Shown piece after piece: positions 1 to 11,149 of a DNA stretch of 64,000 nt. Source of the DNA: Haplodiscus bocki (taxonomy: Eukaryota); the NCBI GenBank assembly GCA_965655095.1, contig OZ296652.1, positions 53,382,001 to 53,446,000 of the forward strand, in the 5' to 3' direction. A model generated the notes under the pieces. It saw only the letters and a program-made list of their open reading frames with translations. It had not been told where the DNA came from and ran no database searches. The first letter of the stretch is position 1, and each line of letters starts with the position of its first letter. The translations under genes were made by a program, and so were the position numbers.

Positions 1-115
1 GATTGGACGAGGACTAAGTTCATGTTTGCTTGGTAACGTGATTCGTCTACTCTTTTGCCCTTACGTAACACTCTTTCTACCTTCCATTTTCAGTTCTGTC
101 TACATTTAAAACAGT

Positions 116-568
116 ATGTCGTGCTCTTCATTAGAGATTGAGCATGAAGATAAAAAAGTTATTACAGAGTTGGGAGTTTTTAATGACGGCAATGTTCGGG
201 GATACTCATTTCATCCTCCAAAAGAATACAAATCCACGAAACAAGCATTTTGGTGTACAGGAAGTTTCCACGGCCTTATGTTGAACAATGGATGTTTGGA
301 TGACAGTGAGCTTCCCAACATTCTTCTTAGAGATGTAAAGAGCTAATATTTTGCAAGAAATACCGGAAATTGCAAGATTTTTGGCAAATTTTTGGATAAA
401 AGAATGGAAAAATTGGATGATCATGGATGCCCCACAGTTCGAGATCTCGTTGATAAAGAAATGTGAAATTGCTCGAGTTACCCATTCAGACACAAGACCA
501 CATTTCACTGTGCAGAGTGCAAGGCAAAATTGTTTGGTAACTCGCTAATGCGGGTTTTAGCGTTGTAA
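116..568 (+). pseudogene. Maverick accessory ORF with C-terminal Cys/His cluster
   Basis: One frame from 116 with two in-frame stops: ELGVFNDG..SFHPPK..W...HG ... DDHGCP ... CSSYPFRHKTTFHCA. Resembles a recurrent Polinton ORF; function not established. Confidence 0.55.
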
Positions 569-920
569 GGTTTGTGATGGGAAACTTATTGTCACTATCT
601 ACGGAATTGAAACTTTTAAAATGATTCAATTTTTTCCTTCGAGTTTCAATTTTTAGAAAATAAGCGTTCAAGACAGATGACTGAACAAGGAGATAACAAA
701 AATCTGGTAAAAAGGTCCTTGACAAAAAAAATCAATCGTGGGCTCGTTTGGGACAAACCTGTTCTAAATTTTTAATTGCGTTTTGTCCCTTTTTTGTGAT
801 ATTGTTGATTATTTTTGGTTGTTCTTGGAGAACTCATCTTTCACAAACGTGTGACGAATCAAATGTTTGGGTAAAAGTTTTGTGTAGTGCAGCTGGATAC
901 GTTTTACCATCACCGAGACT

Positions 921-1750
921 ATGAACAATTTAATTTTCAAAAAAAATTGCGCCTTTATATCATTGGTTGGTCCATCAAAGACGTGAAATTGCCCACTCAT
1001 TTACAATTAGCTAAGAATAGGAACACTCCAACCAAAGTTTGACAACTTTTTGATACTTTTTTCACCAACACTACCAGCATCTTTACGACGTTATGCGAAA
1101 CGAGATTGAAAATATTGAGTTTGTTCAAGGTGCAAACTTTGAATCTACGGATTCGTTAAAGAACAACAGTAAAGAGCACTTGTTAACCTGTGACCATTTT
1201 TAAGAAGAGATTTGCAGTTCAAAAGCGTTTGTTTATATTGCTATTGCTGGAAGACATCGTGAAATGAGTACTATTTACATTGAGCACAACCTGTTTTGTC
1301 AGAGGAAAACTGGGCAAGACGTTGAGCTCCAGAACATGCAAATTGTCTTCTTGAAATATCCCCGTGATGTAATGCACGTCAGCACGCTCAGTGCGCAAAT
1401 GGGGCTCGGATTAGAGTTAGTTGACTGGTATTGAGACGCAACATCTGTTCCCTATGGTCATTTATTAATTGACTTGTCGCCACGTACAGACGATCGATTG
1501 CGTTATTGTACAAATACCGGATCCATTTCCTCAAAGTTTTATATCCCAGATCAGCCAAAACAATCAAACATTTTGGACAATGAACAAACAAAGTCTTTTC
1601 ACACTTCAAGAGTTCCGATCATGTTGCCACAAATGCAAAAACCTTCTCCTTCAGTCTTGTCAAAAAGAGTTTATCAGGTTCCTTTGCGAATGTATAGTAA
1701 ATCTTTTCAGTGGAAACCTGCAAAGCAAAAAAACCAACATCACGTGATAG
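921..1750 (+). pseudogene. A32/FtsK-HerA-like genome packaging ATPase
   Basis: ATG 921 gives FISLVGPSKT*NC (decayed Walker A), then AGRHREMSTIYIEHNLF (GRH motif) and HLLIDLSPRTDDRLRY; stops and frameshifts present. Confidence 0.85.
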
Positions 1751-1883
1751 AATTCCAAAACAATATTCGGAGGTTTTCTCTGAGAAGAATCACTTGAAAG
1801 CAAAGAAGAGACGTTTTGGCATCCGAAGAAAGGTTACAACCCATAAAAGTTATTACTCCAGCCGTCATGAACATTTGTTCTGA
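1580..1883 (+). pseudogene. Small conserved Polinton ORF overlapping the ATPase 3' end
   Basis: MNKQSLFTLQEF...KEFIRFLCECIVNLFSGNL matches the Polinton CEC-x-x-N-L-x-x-GN pattern; frameshifted. Confidence 0.6.
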
Positions 1884-1884
1884 C

Positions 1885-2302
1885 ATGGAGCAAATTGTTC
1901 TCCTTCCTGCTTTTGTGTATAACAACAATAGTTTGAATACTCAGTCAGCTACAAAGCAGGGGCTTCCAAAGTGTCAAGCTGAAAAAAATCTCACGTACCA
2001 ATTTGATTCGCTTAAAAAGGGAATGAACAAAAGACTGTTTGTGAAAGCAGACTCGTTAGTCGACAAAAAAATTATATCTTTTCCTGGTATCAAGCTCTCA
2101 CTTCCGCAGACTTTTATATTGGATGGTGACGAAATGTGAGTGATACTGTCAAACTTTGCTCATCAACTTCGTCATAAAAACGCAGACGTTCCAGACATTT
2201 ATTTTACTTTACTTGACGCTGCTGGTATATCTCCAACTCTGGTTCTGAATCAGAATGCCAAACCAAAAGAAAAGGGGAGTCTGGGTCTCTTTCAAAATGT
2301 GA
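1885..2302 (+). pseudogene. Maverick hypothetical ORF
   Basis: MEQIVLLPA...KADSLVDK...ILDG joined by a frameshift to LSNFAHQLRHKNADVPDIYFTLLDAAGI; tightly packed between neighbouring ORFs. Confidence 0.55.
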
Positions 2303-3086
2303 ACATCAGAAGCTGCAAAGGTTGTACAGACAGGATAGTGCTGCTCATGGGTTTGTGCGCAACTTAGTGAAAGCTAGCAATCTGTCTAAATCAAAGGAGA
2401 GACAAATTTTGCTTTCCAAATCTTGCTACATAAAATTTACTCTTGACACACGTAAATTCAAGAGAGTGAAAGTATTTGCCAGATTCAAAAATGAAATTTA
2501 GTTTATGGACTTGGCAAACGTTGATAAAATAGTCAAAGATGATAACGGTGTAAAAAATCTTCTAGTTCATGAAGACCTGTTTGGCAGAACCGTAGTTGCG
2601 GGAGGAATGAAAACAAAAGCTTCCAAAGAAACTGTTCGTGCGTTTTTGACTATGATTACAAAAAAGAATTGACACAAAAAATTAGGGTCGGCAAAGAAAC
2701 GGAATTTGCGGGAGAGTATAAGAAACAATGCAAAGCTGAATGAATGCAAAAATACTATAAAATGAGTGAGACTGAGGCTGCATTTCCTGAGCGTGCAATA
2801 CAGTCCCTGAAAAATATACTTTTCCGTTACATGAAAGACTATGGATAGAAGTACCTTAACAAAATGTCTCAATTCGTCACAACCCTAATATACAGAAAAT
2901 ACTGCTCGATAAACTTGATGCCAATGAATGTAAAGAGTTCCAATTTTTCGTCCATTCTCTATAGCAAACCACTACGAGAATATTTAAAAAAAAACATTTG
3001 AGATTGGAGACAGAGTTCGCATCTCGAAGTATGATTTACCCTCCAGGAAGGTCAAAAACCACAATTTACAAAGGAAGTTTTCGAAA
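2297..3086 (+). pseudogene. Retroviral-like DDE integrase of Maverick
   Basis: FMDLANVDK (first Asp), *VGKETEF (second Asp appears replaced by Gly), AAFPERAIQSLK (Glu), and FEIGDRVRISK..KPQFTKEVF at the C-terminus; multiple stops. Confidence 0.85.
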
Positions 3087-3904
3087 GAATCGTTTACAGT
3101 AGAATTGGTTTTGCAATGCATTTACGCAACTGCTTCCAGACAAAACACTTAGCTCTTTCACAAATTTTTTACCGGAGCAACTGAATCTGGAAGCTCCATG
3201 GGAGTTTGCAAGTCCGGAAATATTCTACCCATCAATGTACCAAAAGGTCACAGAGGGAAGAGGGAAAGTTCACGTTTTTTGACAATAATTTCTCAAAATC
3301 GGCACAATTCTACTGTCTGGAACCTTGACTTCACCCTTTCACCACTGATATTGTTGAAACTATGAAAACTCTCATCCAGGAAAGATACAATCAGATCAAA
3401 AGCTGTCTCTTAGTTAGAGTGCCTCGAAGAACGAAAAAAGTTGAGATTTACTTTGCAAATGAAAAATCAAAAAAAATCTGGTCTTGCATTTTTTAGTAGG
3501 GACCGGAGACGCATTTTTGTCAGTAACGTTGGTAATGAGTTTGGTGTGATGTTTAGAGGAAAAAGACCTCACAAATCTAAATTTGCTTACGACATTGTCC
3601 GCATACACTCTCTCATGATATATACAGACCTGATTAAATAAAATCTCGTTCGTGACACGAAGGCCCCAATACTGCGTTGGTTTCTTTCCATTTCAAAGCT
3701 CAAAGCTGTAGTCATTTTGGTTACTGGACAGTACATGTAAATCAGACCTTTTTTACATCTACAATTCAGACCGCAGCTCAAAAACTGTTTTCACAGTACT
3801 CACATTGACTTGAGAGACACGAAAGGTGAAAAAAAACCTTTGTATCTGTCAGTATCAATCGTCTTCTTTTGATGTTTATAAAAGCTTGCCACCTTTATTT
3901 CTAA
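3087..3904 (+). pseudogene. Minor capsid protein (penton-like)
   Basis: ESFTVEL...LPDKTLSSFTNFLPEQLNLEAPWEFA..EI.YPS at the start; SLMIYTDLI...DTKAPILR and FHSTHIDLRDTKGE toward the end, typical of Polinton minor capsid. Confidence 0.75.
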
Positions 3905-3920
3905 TCTAAGAGACGTTAGA

Positions 3921-4296
3921 ATGTTGTTGCTTCAAGACATATAGGGAGTCCCTTCTATGGAGGAATTGGTCAACAACGTGGGCGGCAATTTAGCGCACTT
4001 GCACACATGCACAAGTTTTTTGGACAACCGCGAATCCCTCGTTGCCTATATATAACGTTGCAGCTGCGAGACGCGTTGGTGCTGACTTGTTGGAATTTAC
4101 TGCGCCAGAAATCGCAGAGGGTGTTAGTGGTAGAAAGAATTTCAAGATAGCTGAAAAGAGTGTCGGAAGGCAAACTCAGTGAAAACAATTGGGTAGTGGT
4201 AGCAGGAAAAAGAGTGCAAGCAGAGTCATTCCAACAAAATCTGCGAAACAAACCAGTCGGTCGCCAAGAGATATTTTTACAAACCTTTCCCACTAA
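3921..4296 (+). pseudogene. Basic core/pX-like protein with QxGxG-type motifs
   Basis: FYGGIGQQRGRQF... and KQLGSGSRKKSASR; Lys/Arg-rich tail; sits between the two capsid genes. Confidence 0.55.
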
Positions 4297-4298
4297 TC

Positions 4299-5648
4299 AT
4301 GTCAAATAATTTTCGGCAACAACCTTTTTGGCAGTTCTTGGAAATCTTGGAGGGAAAGTCCCAGTAGTTGACGATGTCTTGCTCTCCCATGTATAAGAAT
4401 TTTCTCCTACTACCTCACTCAATGAAAACTGCATTGAGTTTGAATTTCAAACGGACCGGAACTTTTACGTTGATTGGAGACTGACGTACTTGGCTCTGAA
4501 ACTGAATTTTGTCCAGGGTCCTGGGTACGAAACTGACAGTACCAAAGAAGTTAAAAAAGAGCACAAAAAGAGGCCGAAGCGGATGAGGAAACGGCGGCAG
4601 ATGAGGAACAAGAGACTACAGTTCCTCTCGTTAATCATTTATATAACAATTTGCACTCAGTCCTTTCCAATGGTGAAATGTACATCAACAATCAGCAAAC
4701 TTACAACTCTAATGGATTGTCTGCGCACAAGTCTTACATTTCCAACAACTTCGTGGGGGCCTTATCCGAATACAAGGGAGGCTTGCAGTGCAGGGTGTTC
4801 GACTATGAAGAATTTCGGATGAATTTGTGGAAGCGCCTTTGTGTGAACTTTTTTTCATAAGGAGAATGGAATTGCTTGATAGACCCGATGGCTTCATGTT
4901 GTATGGTAAATTGGGTGTTGAGTTTTATCCACTTCTGAAGTGCTATATCGAAATATGAAATTTAGGCTACGATTAATCAGAGACTGACCAAATTTTAACA
5001 TGATTAGCGACAACCTCAACGTTAGTCTTGGAATTGTTGATTGCTCACTCTACACTCGTCGTCTTGCTTTCAAAAATGATTATCACAAGAGAAGAATGAA
5101 CATGCTTGCATATATTCCTGTAGATTTCAACTTTTTGGAGACTGTGGCAAAAACGTTTCTCGCTCCCGTTAGACAACACCAGTTCATCCAAGAAAACAGT
5201 TTTAACAATGCTCCAGGTCGTCGAATTGCCATTGCAATGAAGACAAACTGTTCATTTATTGGACCGTACACTAAAAATCCTTTCTGCTATCAACGATTTG
5301 ATCTCAGACAAACTAGAATACTCAAAGGAGGTCAGCCAATCATAAACTTTGATGCTGCTGATAATTGTTTCGTTTACGTTATTTCAATGAAAGCAATGAA
5401 ATTTCAAGATGAAATCCCTTCAATTCAAGTTGAAAACTTCAAAGACCACTATGTACTAGTGTTTCATTTGACTTCAATGTAAGAGGCTACTGAAACATGT
5501 CATGACCCAGAACTAGTTGGAGACCCACTGAGGCTGGAGCTAAACTTTACTTTTCCTCTAGAACTCGTTACTGAACTAATTGTAATGGGAAAACGAATGT
5601 CTTTGTTTGCAGTTGACAAGTTTGGTGTTGTTGTAAAAAAATATCTAG
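4299..5648 (+). pseudogene. Major capsid protein (hexon-like, double jelly-roll)
   Basis: ENCIEFEFQTDRNFYVD..TYLALKL, LHSVLSNGEMYINNQQTYNSNGLSAHKSYI, FNNAPGRRIAIAM, FKDHYVLVFHLT, LRLELNFTFPL; ~450 codons with several stops and frameshifts. Confidence 0.85.
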
Positions 5649-5651
5649 AGA

Positions 5652-6041
5652 GAATATTGTTTCTCTCCAGCAAATATTCAACCGTATCCCGCTACACAAG
5701 TCTCGGCACCGTGGTTCTTTTCCCTCTGACTATGTTCCAACTCTTGAAAGTGATACCTTCGCCATTATAAATACGCAACCCAGGAAAATGCTGATTGAGC
5801 ATTGATGTTTGAGTGCAAACACTCGTCAAAAAGTGTATTTTGCAGACTCTGTCGTTCGTGAAAAGTACAGTTCTCTCAAGCAGCACTATGAAAAGATAAT
5901 GCCAGAACCACTAGAGTCCCATCACTGCCTTTGCAATTTCTACACGACGTATGCAGCTTTTCATGTCTTCAATTCCAAGAAGAAGAACTTACTGGAGTTT
6001 ACGATGTTAACGTACTTTCTTTCATAAGTAGTTACATGTAA
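5652..6041 (+). pseudogene. Adenain-like cysteine maturation protease
   Basis: FPSDYVP..FAIINTQP....EH* (His), YFADS (Asp), LESHHCLCNFY (Cys). Confidence 0.8.
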
Positions 6042-6419
6042 TATTTCATTTTCGCTAAATGAAATGTACAGGTTACAGAATGTGTTCGCTAACTTTTATA
6101 CAATCCAATTAACTTTTTAAAGTTTAATACAAGCTTTTCACATACCATTAGGTCATATCAGTATTCGCAGACGGGAAAAAAGTGATTGACGGCTCGTGCG
6201 GTATTCTTTTTATGCTTTTCATTTCCTTTTATGGCTGACCTTTCCTTCATGGTCTTTCCATATATGGTATAATGTAATGGGTGACACTTGCTACCAATTT
6301 TTCGCCAATTATTCTTTTTGCATTACTACAGTCAAGTTGCTTCAGTCTCTTCGTTTATTTGAAATTATCCTGTCAAACTGTTAACACGCAGGCGTCACAG
6401 AGCTATATCCTATCCTAAA

Positions 6420-6630
6420 ATATTACCAAACTATACACTATCTTAATACATTACCGAACTATACCCTATCTCAATACATTACCGAACTATACCTATTTTA
6501 ACACATTACCGAACTATACCCTAATTTAACGCATTGAGCCGAACTATACCGTATCTTATTACATTACCGAACTATACCCTATCTTTAAACATTGAGCCGC
6601 TCTATACACTATCTCAATACACTGCCGAAG
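6420..6630. repeat. Subterminal tandem repeat (~27-30 bp unit, ~7 copies)
   Basis: Head-to-tail ACATTACCGAACTATACCCTATCT-like units in the Maverick terminal region. Confidence 0.85.
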
Positions 6631-7127
6631 TATCTTTTCATATTGCCGAAGTCACAACATTATCCGCAGGCGTCATAATTAGCCGCGCTGTCATAATTAG
6701 TTTGCGCCGTAAATATTATACGCGGGGACCCTGGGAAAAAGTTCAAAGACCTAATTGCCAAAAGTCTCACAGTGCCGAAAATGAGTAATGAAACCCGACT
6801 CCCTATCTTCATACATTGCGAAACCCTCTAGCCTATGCTATTACATCGCCTATTACCATTCCCTGTCTTAATACATTACCGAACACACTCTGCTCAAGCC
6901 CAAAACCAAAAAGTTGCCGAAGCCAACCAGAATGGAGCACGAAAAACCCTTAAACGTCGTCAGCCAATCAGAATCGAGCATTACGTCAGCCAAAAACACC
7001 CGAGAGCTCTCGGCTAGGGTTGAAGACCCTTCTCGGCTCTCGGCTCCTCTCGGCTCGCTATAGCTTATCTTAATACATAGGGTCTTCAACCCCCTCCCCC
7101 ACCTTATCTGCTCACTCTTCTACTACT

Positions 7128-7370
7128 GTCCAGTAACCGCCCCTATTTTTCCACAAAACTTCAGTACCCGCAGCTATTTTTCTACAAAACTCCGGTAACC
7201 GCCGGCATCTTTCCACAAATCTCCGGTACCCACCGGTATTTTTCGAAGAAACGCCACTATCCCTCCCTATTTTGCTATGAGTTATCGAGCACTTTCCTCT
7301 TCTTTCATCCGCCGATGCGCCTTTATCGAGGAATAATTTTGGATCAAATTTCGGCGCAAGGGATACCGAC
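7128..7370. repeat. ~31-bp GC-containing minisatellite family
   Basis: Units like CTCCGGTAACCGCC..TATTTTTC.ACAAAA; related arrays at ~14760-14960 and ~15540-15855. Confidence 0.65.
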
Positions 7371-9350
7371 CACCTTAGACTTTTGCATCAAACCTGATTG
7401 AAATTATTCAACTGCAAGTTTCCAGTAGTTAACACTTACCTTTATTTTAATTTTTTTCATTGATTGTTAAAACTACCTCGCGACGGTAATTGTTAGGACG
7501 CGAAATTGAAGAAATCTTTGTCAGAGTTCATCGAAATCCTCTCAGATGTAGAGTATAACGTCAAACTGAGGTCAGTTGTGGCTTGACCATTAGACATTCT
7601 TTCTTCAGGAAATATTACCAGCTGTGTCGAGGCGCAAGATCCTGAAGTGTCGAAGAGAGTTGATTTCTCTTCACAAATCAACAGTTAGTCATCTTTCTGC
7701 TAGACTTTGTCTTCAAAAATTTTACTCTTTGTCTACAATTCATCAGCACTGCGGTTAGCATTTCGCCCGCGATGTTTACAGCTGACTGAGCATCCTCCAC
7801 TTTCCAAAAACTTTACTCTCCTAATTTGTTTTTGCCGCTTTTGGACTTCCAGACGAACTCTTTTCAACGAAAGATATCTGCTAGAACGCAAAAAATATTT
7901 TACTTTTCAAGTGAATGGGACCGAGAGTTTGATGAAACTCGCAAGTTTATCAAACAGAATGTGATTTGAATGATATATTCTTACTAGAAAATATTAAGTT
8001 CCAGGACGAGAAACTATAAAATTCGGCCGCGACCTTTTTATTCATTGAACTAGGCGTTGCTGCTTCAGTGGCGCAAACCAAGTGTGCTGGAAAATTTCCA
8101 AAGTGGCGTTTAACATTCGTCAAATTTTGTGAGTAAACTGATGATCAAACTTGGACAGTTGAAGATTTTTTCAGGCCGTGCCCAGTTTCGATGCCACTTA
8201 ATTCAACAACAGAACAATAAAGATATCAAAGATTGAAAAGTAAAATTTAAAATGTTAAAACAAAGGAAAGTAATTAGTAGGATGAATAATTTTTTGCATT
8301 TTATGCTTTCCTAATCAGTTTTTAACTTTTTAACACACTGTTGACCCTATTTTCAGGTCCGACCTAATCTGGAAGCAAAATTTAACATGAGAGTTTTTGA
8401 TGTCGCTTATGGGATTAAATTCAAGATCGGAAATCATCAAGCGTGTGTTTTACCTGATCTTGACGCCTTTGCGTTTCTGTTGTGATTTATCATTTTGATT
8501 ATCAGTTCTCAGTAGCTCTGAATTCAAGAGCTAAACAGTCGATTATCTTTTCAGCTAAATCAGAAACTTTTTTGCAACTTTCCAAGAAATTCAGGCAGTG
8601 TTTATTAGAGTGGGATGAATTCAATGACAGAAAAAGTCACTGCAATAGTCGGGCATTTTTGATCAGAAGCGCCGACTAAAAGGAAGAATCACAACTATTA
8701 GAAACGTGCAACACTGCCTTGGAGGGACATAAAATCAAAAAAGCTCTTTAAAGTAATCATTTCGAACTGGGAAGTTGTCTTGAGAAAAAAACTTGAGAAA
8801 AAAAAAACTTGATTGATAATCATTGCACTTTGTAGTTCAGGTTAAATAACAACGAAAGAAGTTCAACTGTCAAAAGTATTGTTTTCATTAAGAAAATAGT
8901 TTTACGCTTAAATTGTTTTCTTTCTCTCCAATCTTCACGACCTGACAGTTTTTCATCATCGACGTCAAAGACAGGCGGAATCAAGAGGGCTGGCCGGCTG
9001 TCTGTCTTGTCGTTGAGAGCAGACTTCGCGAACACATATGGTTTGCCGTGACACTGATAATCAAGTCACCATCCTGAGACCTAGCAAACCCTAGGTAGGC
9101 AATTGATGCATTCAAGCTGTTCTAATAACTACTTTGATCATTATTTGGCCTGCAGGATTTTCAATATAATAATTATGTAAAAGAATAAATAAATAAGAAG
9201 TTTCCGTGAACTTTACTATCGAAAAGTGGAGGAAAAAGCAACCCTCTGTCGTTCACCGCACTCAATTGATGACTTCTTAGAAGTCAAAGCATGACTTAAC
9301 GACACAGTATTAAAACTGGATGACTTTTTAGTAGCTTTCTTTTGTCAATT

Positions 9351-9731
9351 ATGATCGATTCTGTAACAGTTCTACATTCGTTAGTGAAACTTGATTGGGA
9401 TACATTTTACACCGAAGCATCTTCTCTCACTTCAGGTTTGCCGTTCCTGGAGATCCAATACCCAGTTGCAATATCGCTCATTTATTTGACATTTGTGGCC
9501 CATGCTTTCTACATGCAAAGATGGGAAAGTTCGTCACCAATGAGAAAAGTAAACTGTCGGATTTTGTTCACGATGGGATTGATTCACAGTTGCTTTAGTC
9601 TGTTCATCTTTATTGTATCAACTGCAGTCTATGTGTATGGGGTGGCAGCAGAAGACAGTTTGTGTTTGATCACTCGGGAGAACCCCTCACCAAAAGCTCA
9701 CCAATGGTCCCTGTTGCATGAAACGAAAAAG
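9351..9731 (+). CDS. ELO/GNS1/SUR4 family fatty-acid elongase (ELOVL-like), exon 1
   Basis: ATG 9351; hydrophobic LPFLEIQYPVAISLIYLTFV and IHSCFSLFIF; phase-0 donor AAG|GTTTTA at 9732 joins exon 2 in frame (284 aa total). Confidence 0.75.
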
Positions 9732-10063
9732 GTTTTAATTTTGATTTTCGCAAGTAAAAATGTCTGTTTATTACAAGGAAGTCTTTCTTTAAAGAACCTT
9801 CAAATTCATCAATAAAATTTCATTTTGTACCAGTTTGGAAAGTGAACGGAGCAATGAGATTTTTCATAAACCCAAAGAATTTTTGCAGTTTTCTTCAGTT
9901 TTTCAGCGCATGATACATTTTTTGAAATTATTTTATGTTCATTGATTACAGGAAAAAAATAGGAAACCAATCTTTGGAAACAAATTTAAGAAAATATTCG
10001 TTTTTGATCAATTGTGGTTTGAATGTGTTCGTTTGCTTGAGTTGTACATTTATTCTTTTCTAG

Positions 10064-10537
10064 ACTGAAGCTTTCTTACTATGGCTGCACTACGTTTCCA
10101 AATGGGCTGATCTCTTTGAAGTGATGTTCCATCTGGCATATGGCAACTGGAACTACAATCTCTTCCTTTTCCATTTCCATCACCTGTCTACACTTTGGCT
10201 GGTCTGGATTTCAACCAGATACCATCCCTGTGGTTCCTCCCTCGTACAGATAATTCTGAGCAGCCCTGCTCACTTTCTCATCTACTTGTATTACACTTTG
10301 CAACATTTCCCCAAGTTACGACCCTTCCTTAAATGGAAATCCCACGTTCCTCTGTTCCAGTTGTGTTGTTTCTCAATTGGGACTGTATTTTGTGTTAATT
10401 GTGGCGTGTCAAGTTTGACTGGGTCTTCCAGAGCTGTTCCTGTTGTTTTCATGGGAGTGTATACTATGTATCTGATTCTACTCATATTAATGATGGGACG
10501 TCATTATCTACGGAAGAAACAAATGAAAATTAGATGA
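10064..10537 (+). CDS. ELO/GNS1/SUR4 family fatty-acid elongase (ELOVL-like), exon 2
   Basis: Acceptor TTCTTTTCTAG| at 10063; SKWADLFEVMF (KxxExxDT-like), FLFHFHH (His box), SSPAHFLIYLYY (NxxxHxxMYxYY-like); basic C-terminus RKKQMKIR. Confidence 0.85.
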   Translation, partial: TEAFLLWLHYVSKWADLFEVMFHLAYGNWNYNLFLFHFHHLSTLWLVWISTRYHPCGSSLVQIILSSPAHFLIYLYYTLQHFPKLRPFLKWKSHVPLFQLCCFSIGTVFCVNCGVSSLTGSSRAVPVVFMGVYTMYLILLILMMGRHYLRKKQMKIR

Positions 10538-10699
10538 ACTTCAAAACTACATGAGTTTCACTTATTAAGTGCACTGCATATCCTCAACGAAAAAGTATGA
10601 CTCAAATTTTTCTTTCATTGGGTAAACATTTTCGTGGAATTAGAGTTGTTGAAGTTTGGAGCATTTCTTATCATTTTTTGTGGCTAGAAATTTTCTCAA

Positions 10700-11070
10700 T
10701 GCCGCCGGTAATTACACCGATAATGCCACTATGTTGCCAAGAAACACATAAAACCTGCGACGCAGTTAATTTCAAGCGTCAATCAAAGCAAATCGGTTAT
10801 TAGATTTGGTATCCATTTTAGCAAGTTAATTGATAGAAAAGAATCATGTAAAGTCCACAGCATCATCCATAGGTATCGGAGAGTTGTCATTGGTATTTCA
10901 AATGAAGAGTATCATTGACTTCTTGTACCGATATCATGCGATTATCCATAAGGCATGACAAAAACGTAAGTGGTTTTGAGGTCTCTCTGACAAAATGTCC
11001 GCCTTCTCTGTAAGAAAACACAATTCATCATTGACTCTGGCTCCTTGCGCTGCATTACAATTGTTAGCAG
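10700..11070 (+). mobile_element. LTR retrotransposon gag-pro relic
   Basis: Decayed knuckle-like CCQETHKTCDAVNFK..IGY followed by TQFIIDSGS (aspartic protease DSG motif, ~11021-11045). Confidence 0.4.
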
Positions 11071-11149
11071 CACTAGGAGTCATACTTATGAGTCTGGCAC
11101 ACGTACTAGGATTGGACGTATGTCCACGTTTTAGAATAACTTAGAATAG

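Larger units (their letters stand above)
1..7127 (+). mobile_element. Maverick/Polinton (adintovirus-like) element, decayed right part; runs off the left edge
   Basis: Co-oriented pseudogenised ATPase, DDE integrase, minor capsid, basic core protein, major capsid and adenain-type protease, then a repeat-rich terminus ending CTACTACT at 7127 (reverse complement AGTAGTAG, the typical Polinton end). Confidence 0.92.

Noticed and set aside
6420-6630. CRISPR-like regularly spaced repeats
   Set aside because: Head-to-tail units with no unique spacers, no cas genes and a eukaryotic context; they are Maverick subterminal repeats.
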